64,000 nt of DNA, taken from Phoronis australis. Its lineage: Eukaryota; Animalia; Phoronida. This document shows positions 51,601 through 63,600 of this stretch, piece after piece. Where the stretch lies: NCBI GenBank assembly GCA_002633005.1, contig NMRA01000009.1:1225169-1289168 (forward strand), in the 5' to 3' direction. Each line of letters opens with the position of its first letter. Position 1 is the first letter of the stretch. Position numbers and translations under genes: made by a program. Below the pieces are notes generated by a model. The model was not told the origin of the DNA. It saw nothing but the letters and a program-made list of their open reading frames with translations, and did not search any database.

Positions 51601-54600
51601 TACTTACGTGTAAAGCGGTTTCATGTGGTCCCAAATTTATCTATTAAGTAACACTCTGATAATTTCTAAATAGATTCACTTGAGTTGAACAATCTACTTA
51701 GCGCTGTGCTACAAAACCAAGTGATCTGTTTACGAGGGGAACTTGGACGCAGGTGTATATATGTCAAATTAGGTTGTTTTGCCGTTTCAAAACGAGTATG
51801 GTGAAATAGCGGAGTAATGCAACCGAATCAATTTAACGATTGCACATATCCGGAAATTAGTGCGCGCAAAGCCTACTGGGGTTGACAGATGTATCAGGAA
51901 TGGCCGATTGATGTACACGATGGGCGATTTGTGTGCAGCAAACTACGCTGTTGTCTGTAATTCTGCTGGTAATTGCCATAATAAGAGCCCATACCCCTAT
52001 AGGCGGTCCCCGGGCCAGGCGTTTCAGACTTCGCTAAAATAAGCGCTCGACCCATGAACGTGTACATGTGAAAAATGCCTTACCCACAGTTCTAAAATTC
52101 TACAGTAACATCTCCAATTTATCAATAATATCCGACAGTCCTGAAAAATTTTAATTTGTACACCAAAAGCCTCGCTGTTACGTCAATATTTAGCCATGAC
52201 TTACACTTCAAACTTTTGTCGCAATTCAAAACGAACACATTGTCAAGTTTTGCTGCTCTTGCAAGGAATGTGTCCCACAATGGTCTGGACTTTCAAAATA
52301 GATGCAGCGTACTTGTCAGCGGGATTGTATTGTATCTTTCCCGTATAGATTTCCCTCAACAGGAATCCACATTTCTTTGTACATGTGAAAACCGCGAATT
52401 AGAAACTAATAAAAAAACCTTGACCAGTGTTAAAAGCGCGTGCGCTACATACATGTATCGTCTATTATCGAAGATATTTAGTAGGGAACTATCTATTCAT
52501 GACACAGGTAACATAGCATCGGCAAGATATAAATATTGGCACTAATTTCCAAAAATTTATTATACCATAAAAAAACTTTTGCATTATTTAAAAGAAAAAT
52601 TATTTAATTAATCACAATTGGTGTTATTAAGTCAAAAGGACCTACTGATAGTGAACACTTTTGCACCCTTACACCCTGAATCCCCCAGAAAATAACAGCT
52701 ACACTCTCATGCATCCAGTCACTCTGCTCTACTGCTCGAGTTAATTTCTTTGGTTACAATGCACACATAGATCTTTACACTGTGTTTACACTGTGTTTAC
52801 TCTGGCACATGAACTCTGATGACACGCATACGCTCGCTTACTTTCACACAAGCATAGACGCACTTTAAAACAAATGTCACGTGACAACAACATGGATGTT
52901 CTTCCAGATTTTTCTCGTGTCGCGGGTTACGATCTAGCGCAGATTTGGATTTAATCTGCGGTTAATCCAGACTCCACTCGTGATTTTGCTTCCAGCTGTA
53001 CCAATGTTTCAGACCCATTTTTACACAGTTCTTGACCCTTGGGAAACGGGTAGTAACTAAATTCTTTATTCTCCCTTATATACATTGCCATTATAGCAGC
53101 CAGGCACACAACACGTATAACCTCCCAGTGGCCGCTTCGCCCACACGCTTGCGGACATACTTGTTTACTGAATGATACCATTATAACCACAATGCAATAT
53201 TCTGACTCATTTCCAATATGGCAGCGTTGCAACTCCACTATTGGGTACTTAGATGGTTTGTGTACAACTAATTTATATACTTATTAACTTTGAAAATGTT
53301 TCACATTAAAATTTGCTTCAGCCAGTTGCCCTCAAAGTTTTGTCTAATTTTTGAAAGGGCTATGCTTTAAACAATCAACCCACAAAACCACATACAAAGG
53401 AGGGTCGCGAACTTTTGATATTGATTACTTTTTTATGACACAAATTATGCGATTTGCCTCTACTCCAATGCCTTAAGCTTTGGAATGTTGCTCTCCACAC
53501 ACATTCCTACAGAGTTGCATCATCACAAATTTTGATGCCAAAACAATTTTTTCTCAAGACACCTAGATATTGATATTTTGAAGAGTTTGCAAACAATGAT
53601 GCTTTTTGTTATTTCAGTGATTAGTTCCACTAGCAGAATAGGTCTAATTATCCTATTTATTGCCAATAGAGCCTATATGAAACTGTGATAAAATATGTCT
53701 GGTATAGTTGCACTTAGAAAAGTTTCACTTTGCTTTGAGAAGTGCACAGCATTCTCATATATTTTCTTTCTTCAATTACCCACGTCAAACATGTTGGAAT
53801 TTGCGGCGATGTAATTAAGCAAGACTGAACAGCAAAATAGAGCAAAATACAAGATTGACTCAACTTACCGTCCAGAGTCTTTATCTTCCCACAGGAGCGG
53901 AACATTGTGAATAACGACACTTTCTCCATTGTCCATGGCAGAATGAACAGCTTGCATATCAAGAACTTCTTTCCAGGCACAGGGATATCGGCCTTCGTCG
54001 TAATTAGGCAATGATGCCTTGGATTTTGACAAAACTGAGAAACACTCGACAGGATTTGACTTGTGTTCAACACAGACGTCGATGGTTGGAGTTAGGTTTA
54101 CCAGCTGAACACCAGGAGTTAAAAGTCCTCTTTTCATTTCTGCCATCAGCTGAACCTTCAAGACCTTACCAGAGTAAAATTCTTCAGAAAAGCTGCAAAA
54201 ATGCCTACTCTGACATTCAGCACCAGTTGTTTCTGAGGTTATGTCTTCCCTAGTATGAGAGGATACCTGGGATGTAATGCGCCCTATATCCCTTTTGAGT
54301 GTTGCAGCATCATTATTCTTCAGTGACCTCAACATCATCTTCCACAAATGTCCAGGAATAGCAACAACATAAGGGTCATTATCCACCTTAAGCACGTTGT
54401 GTAATGGGAGTTTTTGTGACTGTAACCATAACTTACGCTCATTCTCATCACTTCCAAAAGGAGCTCGAAAGTCATAAACCCTCATTTTCCAATCCACCTT
54501 CAATACTTTTTCCTCATTCATTTCAGGGCGTCGACAAGGGTTCATGTCATTCAGTTTGACTTCATTTTTGCAGGTGTCCAACTGTTCAGACAAGAAGTGC

Positions 54601-57600
54601 AACTTGAGAGCTCCAGCTGACAAGGACTCAATCACAGGAAAAGCCACAAGAGGTGTTCTTTTCAAACAGTGGGCAAGCCAAATAGCTCTACACAATCTCT
54701 CATACTGATTTGATTTAGCACTTACATAAGTACAGTGCTGACAAATCTGTGAGATATATTTTCTTGGCATTTGTGGAGGCATTGAATTGATCATAATGGA
54801 CTTCAGCATTCGATGTACAACAATATCAATGTATCTTCTAATTGGAGATGTAAAGTGGGTATAAACATCAAATCCAAGAGATTGGTGGCCTTGCTCAGTG
54901 GATTCACTTGAACATCTATACACGGCTCTTTCTTGTAATCTATGCCACTGCTTTTGGGCTACAGAAATATCGGGCTGATAATCAATATTCAGCAATATTG
55001 ACCTTGCCTTTTCGAGGTTATCCTTTGTAAGTTCCAGCATAGCCTCACACCACTTTTCCTTTAATATGTACATCGGTTTGTCTGGAAGCTGATCTACACC
55101 TTCAGAGGAGAGATTTTCAACAATACTTGACAAAAGGAAAGAGTTGCCAGCATGACTTTGGTTGTTGTTCAGCCAAGATTTATGAAGCTCATCATCAATG
55201 CTGTCCTGACATCGAAGAGGTGTAGAATTTGGAAATTGATCCACCAAGATTTTTGCAACCTCCCTATTGGCAGCAATCATGAATTCCTCAATCATAGAAT
55301 GTGATTTTGGAAAATCATCTGTCTGAGACTGATAGAACTCGTCACCTCGTCTTCTTATGGCCCTTTTCATTGCAAGACCATGGAGTATTTGAATTCTGAC
55401 AACAGCATCAAGGTCAACATGCACAGGCACAACATTTTCAATAACGTTTTCAGCATCTTTGTAAGATAGCTTACAATTTGATCTAATGACGGCCAAAGCT
55501 GGATGAAATACTTCCCAAATGTGTCCTTCTTTGTCAATTTGAAAAAACATTGACAATGTAAGCCTTTCTTGATCTGGAAGAAGGCTGCAGAGGTTGGAAC
55601 TCAAGTCGTGAGGAATCATTGGAATGGGACTTCGATTTTCAGGGTAATAGGAGGTACCCCGTGACAAAGCTTCTTTGTCCAGGGCCGAATTCTGTGACAC
55701 AAAGTGAGACACGTCTGCAATGTGGACTCCTACCTTAAAGTATTCACCATCCTTCTCCACAGATAGAGCATCATCGAGGTCTTGAGAACCCTCCGGGTCA
55801 ACTGTAAATGTGTACAGATCACGATAGTCTTCCCTACTATCAAGTATTGACTGGTCAATAGCAAATCCTTCATATATAGCCAACTCATGACGACTATCTT
55901 GAGAGAACATTTCACTAAGCTGGTGCTCTTTGTTCAGTATTTCTAGATCCTGATCATAACTGCATCCACTTTGTAGCCTTTCAACGACTATTCCCAGTGG
56001 AAATAGGTAACCAGGTTCCCACTTCAAAATCTGAACCACCAATAAGTCCTTTGTGCTGTCAATTTTGTCAATAAAAACAGTTTCTGTATGTTCTTCAATG
56101 CAGCCACGTTCATTTAAAGAGAAAACAGAAATTGCTCCCTTACTTCCTTTCTTCTGCTTTAATAGATTTATGCAGGGTGCTCGTTTATTGATAGGCAGTG
56201 CTACACCTGGATTTTCAGAATTAACTCTACAGACAAAAGAACGAGACTTCAACTCCTGAACTCTTCTGATTACTTTGGTAACATGGCATGTTACACCATT
56301 TTCATGCACTTCCACCTGCACCTCATCCCCATCGAAAGCCTGGCCACAGCTCTTCCTACTCAAAATCTTGTACTGACGATTAGAATCCATGACTTTGGCA
56401 TAGGACTCATCAGGCGCACGGATTTCTAATTTGCATATTGGGCCTCCTGGTACACTGCTCTCTATCAAATTGCTCTCGTTGACACTGCAATTTGATTCTT
56501 CACTTACAAAGGCAAATCCCCAGCTATCAAATTGCACATTTGTTGGTTGTTGACTAACAGCACTTACAGCTGGGACACTTCGTTGGGATTGGTCCCATTG
56601 AGCCAACTGCTGTATGATAAGATCAGGTTCAATGACATAACTAGGGTCCCAGCTGCTCTGTCGTTTGCATCCTTTCTGCAATAAAGGCTTCACATCTGAC
56701 TCTTCGATTACATTACCTGCTGTCAGACGGTTTTGCAAACGATACTGATCAACGGACTCTTTGATACTTTTCAAAGTTAGTGGGACAAGTGATTTTTCCT
56801 GCTCACAATGATTCAAATAATTTTGCCAAATTTTGTTGCAGTGACCAATCAAGCAAAGAGCCACTGGATCTCCTACTACAGCCACCATTGACTTTGCCCT
56901 AGTGAAGGCTGTGTTGAGCATCTTTTCATCGGAAAGAAACCCATAATCCTTATCTGTTTCTACAGTTGTGTTCCTTGTTCTTACAGTGCTTATGATCATA
57001 GCTTTGAATTCTTTGCCTAGAATAGAGCCAAGGAGAAATATATTGAGTAACATGGAAGAGGAACAGAAAATTTATAAAAAAATGATAAATAACCACTTTT
57101 CTACTACACCATTAACAAGAGTTGGTAAAAACATATTAAACACTTCTTTGCTGAAATATTGGAGAAATTAACTAACAGTTTCAAGGACATTTGCTTGTTT
57201 AACTTCTGTAACTTGAAGCAAAACTATCACGCTTGAAAGTGAAAAGTCTACATGTACAACAACTAATTCTACAATATTGTCCTGTACAAGGATTAAATTT
57301 GTTACTTAACTAGAACCATTTGAATGACTTCAGTTGTAACAACTTTTATGTTCGTGATGAACAGGTTATTGCAAACTCACAGGCTTAACCTCCCACACCA
57401 ACTTCATGCAATTTAATTACTGTGACAAATTAGTAATTACTAGTCTTCATGACAACTACTGTTCTTTGCAAGGACGGCAAACACTTCTTATCTAGGAAGG
57501 GGCAGATGAAACCAATTTTAAAATTTTCAACATTGCAATTACGTTTTGAACAATGCACGCTTATGAAAACATACCTTGAACATTATAAATGCTTTCCACT

Positions 57601-60600
57601 GTTACACCCGAGAGCTTTTTGCGACGTAATAAGTGTCGAATAACGTTCACCTGAAAGTTGGATATTTATTCAAGAAATTAACACAGCCAACTGAACACAG
57701 AATTACAGAAGTGAGAAAATCATTGAAATAAGTCTAATAATTTGCATGAAAAAGTTATTAATACCAAGTGTAGTTAATGGCCTTTGAGACCTTGTGTGAT
57801 CCCTCAGCACCACCATATATGAGGACCGAGTGTTACTAAGAAAGATATTAATGCACAAAAAACAGTCAACCGTGCTTTTGCAAAATAGAATGTGTCAGCC
57901 ACTAATGAGAAATAAGAAAAATGTAAAGGTCAACACATGGCCTTCTATGAAACAATGTGTATGGTATTGTGTACAGAGATGTAATAAAGAATGTGTAATG
58001 GTTGATGCATGCAATGTCACAACAGACAGTGAACTTGATTGGTTGACAAGACCTCAACATACAATTAAAGGAAGTGTCCAGTGTCCAGATGAAATTGTCC
58101 CAACTTCCTATTCATACACAGATTACCTGATTTCCAAAATGTAAACAGACAATCTGGTTCACCTAGTTAGTCTACTGCAGTCTCTGACCACTTGGAGACA
58201 TTCTCCCACTCTGTATGTATAAATGTTGATTACAATTTTTTGGGGAATAGTTAGCTAGATTCACTGTATGTATACTTCTAATTGTGGAGTCAAACCCAAA
58301 ATAGCAACTTGTTCACAGGAAATGGGATATGGATGAACAAAGATATGACATCAAGTCAGGCAAAATGACAGCCACTGGTATGGTTAAATAAAATCATGCG
58401 ATTATTGTTGTATAATAACATTATTTCAATTTAGCTGGCAATATAAGAAAATGCCAAATGAAGTTAAGGCAATGAAGCTTTGAGATTTAGTGTACTAAAG
58501 AAATAGTACAAAAAAGGCCATCTCGTATGAGATTCTAGCGATCTTGCAAGGGCAAAGGTCAACATGCAGGAAGTTTGTTGACTTAAGAGTGGCTGTGAAT
58601 TGTGGTAGTGTAATACTATCAATGTGTGTTCTGTGACAAGGGATTTTGACCAGCAAAGTGTATTGTGAGTAGAGATACCATGAATGGTCATCAATGCATC
58701 ATGATCAACTGTGACCAGTAAGAACAGTTAACAGCCGGTAAGGTGCAGATAACAGTAGTTGGTACAACGGCTTTCCAGCAACAGTCAGCCATAGTGTGAA
58801 TAATTGGTTCCAGAAGTGGCTAATGGGATTGTCATTTCAAGAGCGTATAGTCAAAATCGTCAGATAGCAGGTGATGTTTAATTGTTTATAGTGATTTAGT
58901 TACACCCATAGGGAGCGTTATAGTTCCTTATCATTATTGCTAGAGAACAGACATAACTTGTCTTAGAGATTCTCATAACATGATATTTGAGAATTGAATG
59001 GTCAGGTCTCCTATGACTGTCAGTGAAATGACTGGAGCTCTTCAACTTATATTCAATAAGCATACTATTGCAGCTACTGTTCAACTCATACAAAATAATC
59101 ATGCTGTAGACTGGGAGAATGACTCCATTTTGAACAGATTCACATATAGATGGAACAAGGTGTCCTGTTGCATCAAAGAAGCAGTTAACCAGTGCACAAA
59201 CATCTGCACAGTCACATATTAAAAATTTACTTGAGGCCTTTTTCTCAACCACTCAGATACAACAATACTTGATGCAGCGTTTCATGCCCCAACCCAACAT
59301 AAGTTTGATACTGGATGGTGTCAAAGCTTCACACTCCCAGCTAACTTTTGTCTGTGCAGAAAGGTACCTTATTCACTCTGTGTGTCTACCAGATGTGTTC
59401 TTATTATTTATAGTCAAATGATCAGAACTGTTATAATGCGAGACAGTAAAGGTTGCATGAACACCAGTCAACAGCGTTAACTATTAAGTAAAAAAATGTG
59501 CATCTGGTGCTGTTGTCTGCAATGACACAGTATACGGTGTTGCCAATTACGTGAATGTGTATCAGGCAAACTGTTGTCTACGAGACGCAACTATGCACAT
59601 TAGGCAAAACTGTAGCCTGCAATGAGATATGCAATAACGAATGTGCATCAGGCAAAACTCTTGTCTGCAACCATATATGAAATAAAGAATGTGTATCAGG
59701 CAACTCTCGTATGCAATGAGATATGCACTAAAGAATGTGTTTTAGGCAAACCTAGTGTCTGTAATGAGATATGCAATAAAGGATATGTATCAAGAAAACT
59801 GTAGTCTGTAATGAAATATACAACAAAGAATGGGTATCGGGCAAAACTCTTGTTTGCAATGAGATGTGCACTAAAGAATGTGTATTAGGCAAAACTGGTG
59901 TCTGTAATGAGATATGCAATAAAGAATGTGTATCAGACATAAATGTTGTCTGTAATGAGATATGCAATCAAGAATGCAGAATAACAATGAATATATACTG
60001 GTCAAAATTGTTGTCTGCAATGAGCGAAATGAGAAAAAGTATCAGTCAATGGCGTTATATCTGTAGTGAGACTTATAATGAAGAATGTGTTCATACGTGT
60101 GTATCAATTAATTAAGTCTGAAACGAGACATAAAACGCAAATCCAATCTTAAAATAACCCTCCTCGAATAATTACTGCCAACAAACCTGTTTTGTATAAC
60201 AGCTGACTACAGCTATCTGACTTTGAACTAAAGGTCCCCATTCTCTTGGCCAGTTTTGACATAAGTTCTGGACAATCACAGTCACTTCCTCAGCTTCAGA
60301 CAAGTTGAAGTAGTTGGTAGTCTCTTCCTGACTCTCCTCACCAGCAACACAATAGAAAGAAATAGGTTTCCAACTTTTGCATTCTTCAGTGCCTCTAACT
60401 TTAATAACATCTTCACCACCATAAAAAACACTCGAGAGAAACCTAAGAATACGTGGGTGAGATCGGTAGTTTTCCTTTAACATATGCACCGGTGATTGTT
60501 CTGACTTGACTTTGACGTAAAGTTCTGTTAACCTTGTCAGTAGAGTTACATCAAATCGGTTTTCCTTTGCTAAAGAACTGTACACCTTTGGGGCCATCTG

Positions 60601-63600
60601 CTTATGGTCACCTGCCAGAAGGACACAGGTACTGTCACTTGCCAGGGTGAGTGGCATCACTATTCTGCACTCGAGGTCTTGAGCAGCTTCATCAATAAAG
60701 ATGTGTGTGAAGTGGCCACGAAGATCCATCTGTGCCAAACCCAGTGAAGATGTTAGTGTGGCTACAACGATTTGATGCTTCAAGACATCTGCCATTGATG
60801 GTAACATAACTTCATCTGTGGAACTAATCAGCGAATATTGCCTGACTTCTTCAGGTATGCGTGACACCCCCACATTTGCATTGTGCACTCGTAAGGTCTT
60901 AACAGCCTTGTTGGTAAACTTTTTATTCCATTCATCAATGTGGCATTTTATGAAAATGTCCGCAGCGCTGAAAATAGAAGACATGACTTATTACTAAACA
61001 GTTTTTACTAAAACTCATCAATCAACATTTCTATTAGCAATTCAAAGTATTCTGTTATCAAATACATTGCATAAAAACATACCTGTTTGTATGTGTGCAG
61101 ATCAGGATTCGTTGACTGGGATTGTGACATGCTAGTAGTAGCGCTGTTTTAGCAAGTGTTTCGGTCTTTCCTGTACCATAAGGACCATACACAACAGGTT
61201 TCCTTGTCTTATTAGCACAACACATGACATACTTGGTCACTGCAGCCTGGCTCTCATTCAGCCTAGTGTAGGAGTGAATTCTGGGGAAAACAAAGGAGTA
61301 GTCATCAGAACATAGTGGTGTACTACAGAGCACACAAAACAATGAAAGTATTCAAGGGACAACAAACTTGGAAAAATTAACAAGTGCAATGCAAACCATT
61401 GACATGTGCTCAAAACTGCATCGTCCATCTACAGTAGAGCCAGCACATCCAAGCTATACAACTCTGTTAAAAATAAATGCAGCCATTTTGACAATTGACG
61501 ATCAAATAATATCTTGTCAGAGACTAAAACGTCAATCCAAAAATATACACCTACACCATCAACCTCTGCGTCATCTAAGTCTATCAAGCATCTGATAATG
61601 ACCAACAGGAGGCACTGTGGCTGAAAACTCCCTTTGAAAATTGACTGGTGCTGGGTCCAACCATAGACTCTTGTTCAAAGATTCATTGAAATCTGACAAA
61701 CTATTTTGACAATATCCAAAAAGCAAACAAAATCTTGTGAAGAACTAAACACCAACAGGGATTAGCAGTGGTAAAACCTTTTCAAAATCTTCTGGAAACA
61801 GGTGTTTGCCTTGGCGTCAAGTGCCATCAAAATATGCCAGGCCCTTTGGACCATGAATCATGCCAAAGACTAACATGGCCAAACAGGCATGCACCATAAA
61901 CCAATCCATAGGAAAATCAACTGCTGCTGTCCCATTCTAACTACATATACCTCAGTGTTAAATTTCATCAAAATTTGTCTACTACTAAACGATGGATAAG
62001 ACATTTCTAAAATGGCTAACAGATGTTCACACTATAATAACTTCAGGCTTTGGATCAACAGTGGTAAGCGTATTTTATTCATTTTTGCCCCTTGTAATAC
62101 ATTGTGCTGTATTATAATATAAGTGTGAGATTCATGGACAGATGCTGGTGGCATGTATACAACATTCCAAGTGGAGTTCAATAGACAAAGTGTATAAAAC
62201 ATTGGAAACACATCAACTAGATACAAACAATGAAAATGAATACTGTGTACCAAGACAGATAAATCTGGCACTCACAACTGGTCAACTCGTTTCATTTTAC
62301 TGTCGCTGGGAACCACATCCAGGCTCATGTCAGGAAATACCAGTTTAACGTCGAGCATGTCCACAGCATGATGCATTTCACAGAAGGGTATCCTGTTCAT
62401 CTGAAACTGGATTTCGATGTCAATTGGAGTATCTTCTTTCAACTGCAAGTCTTTACAGCATGCAGAGGACAGATGGATCACAACAGCCTCTCTAACACAG
62501 CTTTTAATGACAGCCTGATAGACATTAGACAAGAGGTCAGAGTTAACAGGGGCAATGAGCACATGTTGGACACTCTGAAGCAGGAGTACACCTGCACTCA
62601 TGTCCTCAGACAGCTCAACTTGAAGTTCAACTCTGGCAAACAGCTGACCTTCCTGGCCAATGAGAAATGAGGGTTTTTCTCCATCAGTCATGATTGTCTT
62701 CTTGGGAATTAGCTGACATTTCATGCTGAACCTAGAACAAAAAAGAATGATTAGTTTCACACAGTAAATAAAATAGCCTTTCAGGACATTCATTTACATT
62801 GGGAAAATGTCACAAAGAGAAACTGTAAAAGCTTCGATTCTGACATTCGCAAAGTCAGTTTTACCTTCAGATGACTATGAATGACCTCAATGTCACTTTT
62901 TCAACAAGACTCGTCAAAAAAACGCATAGATGTAAAGCCAATGCTTAATGTTTCCCACTGCTTGCATGCTTGCCTCTCTTTTAACAATTTCCACCTCTCC
63001 CCTTCCTCTACATTAATCAGTTGATGCATTCTGTCCTTGTAATTTCCACAAGTCAGTCTGTTTCCTTTTAGCCTACAGTCTACGACACTGCCTGATGAAG
63101 GTAGTGGATATTTTTGCAGCATTTCTGTCTCCTTCTCAGTCACAGACGTGTGATCAAACTTCACAACAGTCCTGAAAAAAATAATAGAAAGATTCAACAA
63201 TAAGAAATCAATCACTGATATTCAACAACATGGGATGTTCACAAGCACAACCTAGTACAAGTACTTGTAGTCCTTCTATTCCAAATTGAGAACTAGGAAA
63301 CTTAACTAAACAACAAATCTGTGCTTCCACTGCTTTAGCTGTCCATGAATGGTGAATTTTGGTTCTTGAAAAAATGTTTGAAAAAAACTGTTAAATTTCG
63401 TGTTATGACCTTGAAACTGAGGGCAACATTGCCAAATTTTGTTCAACGGTTGGCTTGCAGAGATATCCACACAGTACACAACCCAAAGTTCCCTCTCCTA
63501 AATATTGCTGCAACATTTTTCCAGAACTCTCAACTTTCTCCTGATCTCAAAATTAAGCCTTAAGGTCATCAAACTTGATTGGCATCTGGAAATGGCTCAC

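Noticed and set aside
53865-57053. Stand-alone single-exon RNase II/R gene, possibly horizontally acquired
   Set aside because: The ORF begins in intron sequence, has canonical splice sites at both ends and joins in frame to flanking helicase exons.
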